Positions 29,916 to 37,974 of a DNA stretch of 64,000 nt are shown here, piece by piece (the first letter of the stretch is position 1; the number at the start of each line of letters is the position of its first letter). This DNA comes from an uncultured Verrucomicrobiae bacterium (GTDB lineage Bacteria > Verrucomicrobiota > Verrucomicrobiia > Limisphaerales > UBA11358). The notes below the pieces were generated by a model. That model ran no database searches. It was not told the DNA's origin and was given only the letters and a program-made list of their open reading frames with translations. Made by a program: the position numbers and the translations under genes. The stretch spans positions 526,709 to 590,708 of the forward strand of contig CAVYLE010000007.1 in assembly GCA_963769285.1 (NCBI GenBank), written 5' to 3'.

Positions 29916-31257
29916 GGTTCCTCAACGTTTTTAATGGGTAGACGAGGTTTTCGGGTGATTTAAACTGGGAGGATGATTCCCGAGAAAATGTTTCATCAGA
30001 TTATGGCGCTGGGTGATTCCTGGCGCGTGAGTGGTGCGGAGTATGTGGAGAAGGAAAGTAAAGTGCTCATTCGGGTGGAGGAAACGCCCGAACTGTGGAG
30101 GACAGAAGTCTGTCCTTATTGCGATGGCAAGTCGGTGAGCGGCTACGATCACGCGCCGGAGCGACGCTGGCGGCACCTCAACGTGTGCCAGTTGGAATCG
30201 GAGGTCGTTTGTTCGCTGCCCCGCGGACAATGCAAAGGCTGCCAGAAGGTTTACACGGTGAGGGCTCCTTGGGAGGGTCGCAGTCGGGGGCTCACGCAGG
30301 AGTTTGAGGCGTTTGCGCTGACCTTGATGCGGGAAATGCCGGTCAAGAAAGCGGGCGAGATCCTGGGCGAGACGGATCAGAAGTTGTGGCGGGCGCTCTT
30401 TGCGCATGTGGACGCGGCTTGGGGGGAACTGAGCTGGGAGAATGTGGTTTGGGTGGGGGCCGATGAAATGAATCGCAAGAAGGGGCACAACTACCTGACG
30501 GTGTTTGTGGATTTGGTGGCCAAGCGGGTGTTGCTGGCGGTGGAAGGCAAGGACGCCAGCGTGTGGGAGCGCTTTTCCGAGCAATTATCGCAGCACAACG
30601 GCCATCCGAAGGCGGTGACGCAAATCGCCATCAACATGAGCCCAGCCTATATGAAAGGCGTCCGGGAGAACTTTGGCAACGCGCAGGTCGTGTTCGACAA
30701 GTTTCACGTGGTCAGCCAGGTGGTGGCGGCCCTGGAGGAAGTGCGCCGCAAAGAAGCGCGGCAAAATGCCGAGGCCAGACAGCAGTTGGAACGGACCAGT
30801 TGGTTATGGCGAAAGAATCCCGAATCCTGGACTGCTGGCGATCAAGAGCGCTGGGAGCAATTGAAAGACAAGCCGCTGGTGACGGGACTGGCGTACGCGA
30901 TGCGTTTGGAGCTGCAAAAGGCGTATGCGTCCGGGACGATTGGCCAGGCGCGCAGCCGCTTCAAATCATGGTGTCGCTGGGTGCGGAGCGAGGCCGAAGC
31001 ATTGACTTCAGGCTTGCTGGAGCCGATGCGCAAAGCCGCTGACATGGTGGAGCGGCACCTGGAGGGAATCTTGAGCCATTGGAAGCAGGGGCTGACGACG
31101 GCGTTTCTGGAAGGACTCAACAGTTTGTTTTCGGCGACCAAACGCAAGGCTCGTGGCTATCGGTCCACCGAGTATCAGATCGCAATGCTCTACTTTGTCG
31201 CAGGCAAGCTGGAGATCCCATACTATGGTTGATACCCACTACAAACGTCGAAGAAGC
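29916..31257 (+). mobile_element. ISL3-family insertion sequence (1342 bp) with 25-bp imperfect terminal inverted repeats and 8-bp target duplication
   Basis: The left end ggttcctcaacgtttttaatgggta matches the reverse complement of the right end gcttcttcgacgtttgtagtgggta at 20 of 25 positions. It is flanked by the direct repeat accgaaac at 29908-29915 and 31258-31265. Confidence 0.9.
29973..31232 (+). CDS. ISL3-family transposase
   Basis: 419 aa. It has an N-terminal CPYC..C..C zinc-finger region, then GADEMNRKKGHNYLTVFVDL and a DDE-type core typical of ISL3. gggagg precedes the ATG. Confidence 0.9.
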   Translation: MIPEKMFHQIMALGDSWRVSGAEYVEKESKVLIRVEETPELWRTEVCPYCDGKSVSGYDHAPERRWRHLNVCQLESEVVCSLPRGQCKGCQKVYTVRAPWEGRSRGLTQEFEAFALTLMREMPVKKAGEILGETDQKLWRALFAHVDAAWGELSWENVVWVGADEMNRKKGHNYLTVFVDLVAKRVLLAVEGKDASVWERFSEQLSQHNGHPKAVTQIAINMSPAYMKGVRENFGNAQVVFDKFHVVSQVVAALEEVRRKEARQNAEARQQLERTSWLWRKNPESWTAGDQERWEQLKDKPLVTGLAYAMRLELQKAYASGTIGQARSRFKSWCRWVRSEAEALTSGLLEPMRKAADMVERHLEGILSHWKQGLTTAFLEGLNSLFSATKRKARGYRSTEYQIAMLYFVAGKLEIPYYG

Positions 31258-32345
31258 ACCGAAACCGTGTTGTTACCATAGTTTGCGCTGATCAAATCCA
31301 TATTCCCATCCCCGTTGACATCCGCTGCCGTGACTGACCAAGGCTGGGTTCCCACAACCAGCGTGCAGGCGAGCGCAAAGCCGGCGCTCCCATTGTTCGT
31401 CAACATCGAAAGTGTATTTCCGTAATTCCCGTAATTCGCGCAAATCAAATCTACGTTGCCATCCCCATTGACATCTGCCGCTGTGACCGAAACAGGGGAG
31501 TTGCCCACGCTCGGCGAGGAAGCGAGCGCAAAACCACCGCTTCCATTATTGGTCAACACTGAAAGTGTGTTTGGCCATGCGTTCGCGCAGATCAAATCAA
31601 TGTCGCCATCCCCATTGACATCCGCCGCCGTAACGGAGTAAGGAAAATAACCCACCGTAAGCGTTGCATTTGGACTAAATTTGCCACTGCCATTGTTTGT
31701 GAATACTGTAAGCGTGTTCGTATTAAACTGCGAACAAATCAAGTCAATGTTGCCGTCACCTTTGACATCCGCTGCTGTGACTGAAGTGTAGGTTTCCCAG
31801 GTATCACCCAGGTATCCATAGGAGGCTGCGGGAGCAAAAGAACCGTTTCCATTGTTTATCATCACTGAAATCTGGCTAAAACAGGCTGTGACCAAATCAA
31901 TGTTGCCGTCCCCGTTGACATCCGCTGCAATGACACATTGAGGCCCGTTTCCAACGGTCAACGTCGTTGCGAGCACGAATCCGCCGCTCCCGTTGTTAGT
32001 CAATACCGACAGCGTATTGGTTCCTGAATTCGCGGAAATCAAATCCTGTTTACCGTCCCCATTAACATCTGCTGCAATGACCCATTGAGGCCCGATTCCA
32101 ACGGTCAATGTCGTTGCGAGCACGAATCCGCCGTTCCCGTTGTTAGTCAATACGGACAGTGTGTTGGTTCCAGAATTCGCGCAGATCAAATCCACAAGGC
32201 CATCCCCATTGACATCCGCCGCCACGACCGAACGAGGATTTTTACCTACGATATAATTAACGGCAGGCGCAAAAGAAACTTGGGCAGCGGCAGGTTGTAT
32301 ACCCACGAGCAGCAACACCGTGCAAACCAAAAAAAATCTTTTCAC
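31258..32345 (-). pseudogene. N-terminal fragment (signal peptide plus FG-GAP/VCBS-like repeats) of the ISL3-disrupted gene
   Basis: MKRFFLVCTVLLLVGIQPAAAQ is followed by about six repeats of AADVNGDG..DLI.AN.G.NTLSVLTNNG.GGF. The track ORF (31239-32345) ends RRL-stop inside the IS end. Confidence 0.85.
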
Positions 32346-32354
32346 GGCATCAGG

Positions 32355-33260
32355 CTAATTGTTTTCAATCGGCTGGCAAGTGTTCTGGCTGGATTCTGCC
32401 TTTGCTTCGACAATTTCCATAATACGAACATCTTCTGTTGGACCATAAACAAAATGCCAACCATTGCAAACGGTGCGATAATTTATTCCATGCACTTTGT
32501 TATCTGGAAGCTCCTGATAAAGGGTAAGCGGAGGTGATTGCCGTTGGCCAAACGCGCAAATACTTTTTGACAGTGGAAATGTTATCTCGACATTTGCATC
32601 CGCCAGTCCCGTAACGCCAAAAGGTCCGCGCTTTTCTGGAGGTGACCAAGAGCAAACCGGAGCATCGCTGGTGAAGAAATATTTGCCGCTTGGCGCGCAA
32701 AAGAAAACCCAATTCATTTGTGAGAATAGCTTTTCTAAATTCGGATATCTTGAGAGCAGCATGAGGAGTGAGGTTCCTCGGTCAGCCTTAACATCAAATT
32801 CCGTCTCATGGAATTCTTGGGGATCTAATCCAGCATTTATTATCGTTTTATCGAAATCAGACCGTGATTTCATTATTTCAAACTCATATTTGTATTGCCT
32901 GCTTAAACTTTCATTGAAAGAATGAAGTGCTTTTGGGCAGCGCACATGTTGGATCGCCGCAAACAAAAAAAACACTCTCCAAAGTTCAGGAGATAGCGAC
33001 ATTCGGCAACGGATCGCCTTAAACAGTTCAGGCAGCCGGTTTTCGATGAAATGGAAACTTTTTTCGATTGATTCGTTATCTTGTTTGCCATCCTTGCAAA
33101 TAAAGGAGTGGTAAAAGTCTTCGCAACCAGATTCCTGTGGCGTAGATTTATTTGCCGTGCCATTGGTCAAGTCGTATTGCCAAAGCTCATTCTTTTTACC
33201 CGTTTTTTTGAACTGCCGCATATAAACTTGCGGATTGTAGTGATGGCTTTTCGCTGTCAT
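32355..33260 (-). CDS. DUF4238 domain protein
   Basis: The N-terminal HHYNPQVYMRQF matches the H-Y-[VI]-P-Q-F-Y-L motif I associate with DUF4238. The gene is low-GC and ends 9 nt before the FG-GAP gene start. Confidence 0.65.
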   Translation of the reverse strand: MTAKSHHYNPQVYMRQFKKTGKKNELWQYDLTNGTANKSTPQESGCEDFYHSFICKDGKQDNESIEKSFHFIENRLPELFKAIRCRMSLSPELWRVFFLFAAIQHVRCPKALHSFNESLSRQYKYEFEIMKSRSDFDKTIINAGLDPQEFHETEFDVKADRGTSLLMLLSRYPNLEKLFSQMNWVFFCAPSGKYFFTSDAPVCSWSPPEKRGPFGVTGLADANVEITFPLSKSICAFGQRQSPPLTLYQELPDNKVHGINYRTVCNGWHFVYGPTEDVRIMEIVEAKAESSQNTCQPIENN

Positions 33261-33769
33261 AGGTTCAATTTTACTATCATTTCATACTCATGCCAAATCA
33301 ATCACAGAAAAAAGCGGCCTCCGTTTCCGAAAGTCGCTCGCGTTTGCTGCTTTGATTTTATCCGCTCATCCCCGCATTAGCCGGTCGGTGGGCAGCAGGA
33401 ATGATTTGCGGATGCTGGCTACGCCGGGGTTGTGCCAGGGCCAGGCTTGTTCGGCGGCGAGTTGGGCTGCCGAAGTTGCGGATTGAAGTTCCGTTGTCCA
33501 TTGCCAGTTGGGGGACGTCAGGGATTTGATTCATGCCGGCGCGAAGTCAAGAGCGATTTTTCCGACTTTGCCCAGCCGACAATGGCAATCAGATTTGAAA
33601 CGTGACCATGATGGCGGAGTTCGCGCTGGCGTGGAAGGCAAAACCGATCTGAACGCCAGCATCACATCAAATTGTCTTGCTTTTACGGGCGATTATGGCA
33701 GAAAAACCGATAGTGAATCGGATGGTTCACTGTCTTACCCAACAAACACTCAGCAAAAAGGATTCGGTT

Positions 33770-34138
33770 ATGAATGATAATGCAAGCGCAGCGGGTACAG
33801 CCATGGGTTTGGGACTGGTTCTCTTTGTCCTTCTCATCGCTCTGGTATTTTATGTGTTTTACTGTTTTTGTGCCAAACGCATTTGTGAGAAATGCGGCGT
33901 GAACCCCGGCGTGCTGATCTGGATTCCCATTGCCCAACTCTTCCCACTGCTTCAAGTGGCCAAAATGCCGGTCTGGATGATCATTCTCTTTCTGGTCCCG
34001 CTTATTAATCTGATCGTTGGCATCATGATGTGGGCAAAAATCTGTCAGGCGCGGGGCAAAAGCGGCTGGCTCGTCATCCTGCTGTTCATTCCGATTGCGA
34101 ACATCATCTTCATCCCCTATCTGGCTTTTTCAGAATAA
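33770..34138 (+). CDS. Small multi-pass membrane protein (DUF5684-like)
   Basis: Start moved to MNDNASAAG. The pattern WIPIAQLFPLLQVAKMPVWMIILFLVPLINLI...GKSGWLVILLFIPIANIIFIPYLAF resembles that family. Confidence 0.55.
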   Translation: MNDNASAAGTAMGLGLVLFVLLIALVFYVFYCFCAKRICEKCGVNPGVLIWIPIAQLFPLLQVAKMPVWMIILFLVPLINLIVGIMMWAKICQARGKSGWLVILLFIPIANIIFIPYLAFSE

Positions 34139-34141
34139 AAA

Positions 34142-34948
34142 CTATTTCAGCTTTCGCATCAGGCCCTTGGCCCGCCACACCCAGACGCGGTCGCGTTTGC
34201 GCTGGAAGGCCGGGGCATGCACGTCGTCGCTGATGACATCCGTCAATTCCGTCCGCGCCAGTTCCGGCTGGTTTTTGGCAAGGTACAACCCGGCCAGTTG
34301 CACCTTGGCGCGCGCGTAGGAATGTTCCGCGGTGACCTGCCGCCACATTTGGAGCGCCGAATCGGTTTCGCCGAGCGCGGCCAGTGTTTCGGCCAGCGCC
34401 ATCATCGTGTAGCCGTAGTCATGTTTCGGATTTTCGGCGATGACGCCCTCGAGCAACGGACGCGCCTCGGCGGCGCGTTTCTGGCGGAGCAGGCATTGGC
34501 CGAAATGGGCGCGGGTGTCAAGGTCCTGCGGATCCCGTTCCAACGCCGAGCGGTAAGAGGCTTCGGCTTGAGCCAGTTTGCCCTGTTGAAAATAAACGTC
34601 GCCGAGCTGCGAGTGGTGGTGTGCCTTGTCGAGGTGATGAATTTGCGCCTGCAATTCCTTGATGCGGCGGCGGCTGTGCGCGCCGGGCAGTTCAAACCCG
34701 TGCGTGGCGGACGGCACGGCGCGATAGACGAAAAAGTAGTACAACAGGGAGGACAATCCCCAGCCCAGGACAATGAACAGCGCCCAAATCCATTCGCGCT
34801 GGCGGACGGCGTCAATCAGCATCCAAATTTGAAAAATGGACACCGCCAGCCAAAACGGACTGGCAATGAAAAAATTCCAGTTCGCAATGTTGGTGAGCAG
34901 CGAGGCGAACATGACTTTAAGATTAGAGGGACGGGCAAAACGAGGCAA
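34142..34948 (-). CDS. TPR-repeat protein with N-terminal PLDc_N-like transmembrane segment
   Basis: IFQIWMLIDAVRQREWIWALFIVLGWGLSSLLYYF is followed by several TPR-like helices (YFQQGKLAQAEASYRSALERDP...). Confidence 0.7.
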   Translation of the reverse strand: MPRFARPSNLKVMFASLLTNIANWNFFIASPFWLAVSIFQIWMLIDAVRQREWIWALFIVLGWGLSSLLYYFFVYRAVPSATHGFELPGAHSRRRIKELQAQIHHLDKAHHHSQLGDVYFQQGKLAQAEASYRSALERDPQDLDTRAHFGQCLLRQKRAAEARPLLEGVIAENPKHDYGYTMMALAETLAALGETDSALQMWRQVTAEHSYARAKVQLAGLYLAKNQPELARTELTDVISDDVHAPAFQRKRDRVWVWRAKGLMRKLK

Positions 34949-35167
34949 TCAAACTGTAGCATCGAGCGTCCCGCCTGACGTAGAGGGCGGCATCTTGCCG
35001 CCCGGAAAAAACGTTGGGTACGGACCAAAGGCTTTCGAGTTGTCCGATCATTGCCGTTACCGGCGCGGTGTCCGCCGGGCGGGACGCCCCGTCTCCACGG
35101 CAGGCCGGAGGCCCGCCGCTACGGGCAGTGCCCGGTTGCAGCAACCGACTCACTACTGAATTGCCCG

Positions 35168-35195
35168 CTTGTTTTCCGCGCGTTTCCCGTATAAT
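35168..35195 (+). promoter_or_regulatory. Candidate sigma70-type promoter of ppm copy 1
   Basis: cttgtt, a 16-nt spacer, then tataat, ending about 20 nt before the ATG at 35215. The whole leader is duplicated upstream of copy 2. Confidence 0.4.
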
Positions 35196-35214
35196 TATCC
35201 GCGCATCACACGGC

Positions 35215-35946
35215 ATGAATCCTACGCTTATCATCCTGCCGACCGTCAATGAACGGGAAAATCTCCCGCGCATGGCGCAAAAATTATTGTCGCTGCCGGT
35301 CGGCGTGGACGTGCTGGTGGTGGACGGTAATTCATCGGATGGCACGGGGAAAATCGCGGACGAACTCGCCGCGAAACACCCGCAGATTCATGTCCTGCAC
35401 GAGCAGAAAAAAAACGGCTTGGGCCGCGCCTACATTTCCGGGTTCAAATGGGCGCTGGAACGCAGTTACGAATTCATCTTCGAGATGGACTGCGATTTTT
35501 CGCACAATCCTGATGATATTCCAATGTTTCTCGAAGCCGCGAAAAATCAGGATGCCGATCTGGTGCTCGGCTCGCGTTATTCCGGTGGCGTGCGCGTCGT
35601 CAATTGGCCGCTCAAGCGGTTGATGTTGAGCCGCGGCGCGGAAATTTACGTCCGGATTATCACCGGAATGCCGTTCACCGATCCGACCGGCGGCTACAAA
35701 TGTTTTCGCCGTCGCGCGCTCCAAGCCATCGATCTCAATGCCGTTCTCTCAAAAGGTTACAGCATCCAAATTGAAATGACGCACCGGCTTTGGCGGCAAG
35801 GACGCAAAGTCATCGAGGTACCGATCGTTTTCACCGAGCGCATCGAAGGCCATTCCAAAATGTCCGGCGGCATCTTCCGCGAATCACTCATCATGGTCTG
35901 GCGGTTGTGGCTGCAAAACGGCCTGCGCCGTTGGCCGCGCAAGTGA
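35215..35946 (+). CDS. Polyprenol-monophosphomannose synthase (GT2, Dpm1/Ppm1-like), copy 1
   Basis: Start moved to MNPTLIILPTVNERENLPRM. VLVVDGNSSDGTG and FEMDCDFSHNPDD are typical of Dpm1-like GT2 enzymes. Confidence 0.85.
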   Translation: MNPTLIILPTVNERENLPRMAQKLLSLPVGVDVLVVDGNSSDGTGKIADELAAKHPQIHVLHEQKKNGLGRAYISGFKWALERSYEFIFEMDCDFSHNPDDIPMFLEAAKNQDADLVLGSRYSGGVRVVNWPLKRLMLSRGAEIYVRIITGMPFTDPTGGYKCFRRRALQAIDLNAVLSKGYSIQIEMTHRLWRQGRKVIEVPIVFTERIEGHSKMSGGIFRESLIMVWRLWLQNGLRRWPRK

Positions 35947-36086
35947 CAATCAAATGTCTGTCCAACGCGCATTGGTTGTTTGAGCATTCTTTTGTCATTA
36001 TGGTTTAGAGCTTGGGGTTTTGTTTGTGATTTCGCCTCCCTCCGCCCGCCCTCTTTCATCAAACTGACCTGCTGCTGAATTGCCCG

Positions 36087-36114
36087 CTTGTTTTCGGCGC
36101 GTTTCCCCTTTAAT
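36087..36114 (+). promoter_or_regulatory. Candidate sigma70-type promoter of ppm copy 2
   Basis: cttgtt, a 16-nt spacer, then tttaat, at the same position relative to the ATG at 36134 as in copy 1. Confidence 0.35.
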
Positions 36115-36133
36115 TATCTGCGGCATCGCCAGC

Positions 36134-36859
36134 ATGAATCCGACCATCATCATTATGCCGACCTACAATGAGCGGGAAAATCTCCCGCGCATGGTCGAAC
36201 ACCTTTTGAAACTGCCGGTGCCGGTGGACCTGCTGGTGGTGGACGACAATTCGCCCGACGGCACGGGCAAACTGGCCGATGAACTGGCGGCAAAACACCC
36301 GGAAATTCACGTCCTGCATCGCGCGGAAAAGAACGGCCTGGGCCGCGCCTACATTGCCGGATTCAAATGGGCGCTCGAACGAAACTACGAATTTATCTTT
36401 GAAATGGACGGTGATTTTTCGCACAACCCGGACAACGTGCCCCTGTTCATCGAAGCCACCAAGAATGCCGACCTCGTGCTCGGCTCGCGTTACAAGGGCG
36501 GCATCCGTGTCATCAACTGGCCGTTGAAACGACTGATGCTCAGCCGCAGCGCGGGCAAATATGTGATGTGGGTCACCGGCATGCCGTTCACCGACCCGAC
36601 GGGCGGTTACAAATGTTTCCGCCGGTGCGCGTTGCAGGCCATCAATCTCAACGCCGTCCAGTCCAACGGCTACAGCTTTCAGATTGAGATGACGCACAAA
36701 CTCTGGCGGCAGGGATTCCGGGTTGTCGAAGTGCCGATCATTTTCACCGACCGGGCCGAGGGCCATTCCAAAATGTCCGGCCATATTGTCTGGGAAGCGC
36801 TTTGGATGGTGTGGAAGCTGTGGTTTCAAAACGGCCTGCGCCGCTGGCCGCGCAAGTGA
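36134..36859 (+). CDS. Polyprenol-monophosphomannose synthase (GT2), copy 2 (tandem paralog)
   Basis: MNPTIIIMPTYNERENLPRM... is collinear with copy 1 and highly similar along its full length. Confidence 0.85.
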   Translation: MNPTIIIMPTYNERENLPRMVEHLLKLPVPVDLLVVDDNSPDGTGKLADELAAKHPEIHVLHRAEKNGLGRAYIAGFKWALERNYEFIFEMDGDFSHNPDNVPLFIEATKNADLVLGSRYKGGIRVINWPLKRLMLSRSAGKYVMWVTGMPFTDPTGGYKCFRRCALQAINLNAVQSNGYSFQIEMTHKLWRQGFRVVEVPIIFTDRAEGHSKMSGHIVWEALWMVWKLWFQNGLRRWPRK

Positions 36860-36990
36860 CAGTTAAAATTGTGGGGTTGGTCACAAAAGACAACGCAGGA
36901 AACGAAGAACGGCTGAAACTCTCACCCTTTATTTTCTTCGTTACCTTCTGTTCAATTCCACGTCTAGTCTGAAAAACCAGCATACTATTT

Positions 36991-37521
36991 ATGAAAAATC
37001 TTGTGACCGCAGCCTTGACTCTCATCACCAGCTTTTCACTCTTCGTCACCTCCGCTTTTGCCGCCGTTCCCAAGGCCGGCGACACCGCACCGCTGTTCAC
37101 CGGACAGGACCAGGACGGCAAGACCGTCGAATTGAACAGCTTCATCGGCAAAAAAATCGTCCTCTTGTATTTTTATCCCAAGGACAACACCCCGGGCTGC
37201 ACGAAGGAGGCGTGCGGCTTCCGCGACCGCATGGGCGATTTGCAAAAGGACAACGTCGAGGTCATCGGCGTCAGTTTTGATTCTGCCGAAAGCCACCAAA
37301 AATTCATTGCCGAACATAAATTGAATTTCCGCCTGCTGGCCGACGCGGACGGGAAGATCGCCGACGCCTACGGTGTGCGGATGGAAGGCAAAAAAATGGC
37401 CAAACGCGTCAGCTTCCTCATCGGCCTGGACGGCAAGATTGTTCACTTGACCGACTCCGGCGATCCAGACAAGCATTTCAGCGAAATGAAGGATGCGATT
37501 GCGAGTTTGAAAAAAACTTGA
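36991..37521 (+). CDS. bcp: Peroxiredoxin, Bcp/AhpC-TSA family, with signal peptide
   Basis: YFYPKDNTPGCTKEAC is the Bcp-type peroxidatic Cys motif. The N-terminal MKNLVTAALTLITSFSLFVTSAFA suggests export. Confidence 0.85.
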   Translation: MKNLVTAALTLITSFSLFVTSAFAAVPKAGDTAPLFTGQDQDGKTVELNSFIGKKIVLLYFYPKDNTPGCTKEACGFRDRMGDLQKDNVEVIGVSFDSAESHQKFIAEHKLNFRLLADADGKIADAYGVRMEGKKMAKRVSFLIGLDGKIVHLTDSGDPDKHFSEMKDAIASLKKT

Positions 37522-37537
37522 ATATTTTTGCCCGCAG

Positions 37538-37915
37538 GTGTCTAATAAAATTGTGAGCATTTTCAAAGTCAACATTGTTGCCTGCAATCCCAAACGCGAA
37601 GAACAGACCACGCCGCCGTTGGAAGCGCTGGTGGACACGGGTTCTGAATTGACGTGGTTGCCCGCCGACGTGCTGTTGAAAATCGGCGTGATGCCCCGCC
37701 GAAAACGCGCTTTTCACACCGCGACCAAGCAGGCCATTGAACGCGATGTTGGCTATGTCATCTTGCGCGCGAATGGTTATGAAACGGCGGATGAAGTTGT
37801 TTTTGCCGAGCCGGGAGATATGACGCTGCTCGGTGTCCGGACGCTCGAAGGCTTCGGCGTCATGGTGGACAACATCAGCCACCGTTTCGTCGCCACCACT
37901 ACGCTTGCGGCGTAA
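37538..37915 (+). CDS. Retropepsin-like (clan AA) aspartyl protease
   Basis: 125 aa with a GTG start. ALVDTGSELTWLP contains the DTG catalytic triad motif. Confidence 0.7.
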   Translation: MSNKIVSIFKVNIVACNPKREEQTTPPLEALVDTGSELTWLPADVLLKIGVMPRRKRAFHTATKQAIERDVGYVILRANGYETADEVVFAEPGDMTLLGVRTLEGFGVMVDNISHRFVATTTLAA

Positions 37916-37974
37916 AACAATTCACGCAAAAATCCCGTCTCGTCAGAATCGCCGATCGCGCTTAGATTGGCCAT

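Noticed and set aside
31239-31257. The C-terminal RRL-stop of ORF 31239-32345 as the natural end of the FG-GAP protein.
   Set aside because: These codons lie inside the ISL3 right inverted repeat, and the native frame continues at 29915 after IS removal.
33358-33534. A 58-codon minus-strand ORF (MNQIPDVPQLAMDNG...RRRTSLALAQPRRSQ...) in the gap upstream of the DUF4238 gene, as a possible partner gene.
   Set aside because: It has an Arg/Pro-rich, non-protein-like composition and a GC higher than the DUF4238 gene, with no motif. An alternative frame (…AAEQAWPWHNPGVASIRKSFLLPTDR) may be a gene fragment but cannot be assigned.
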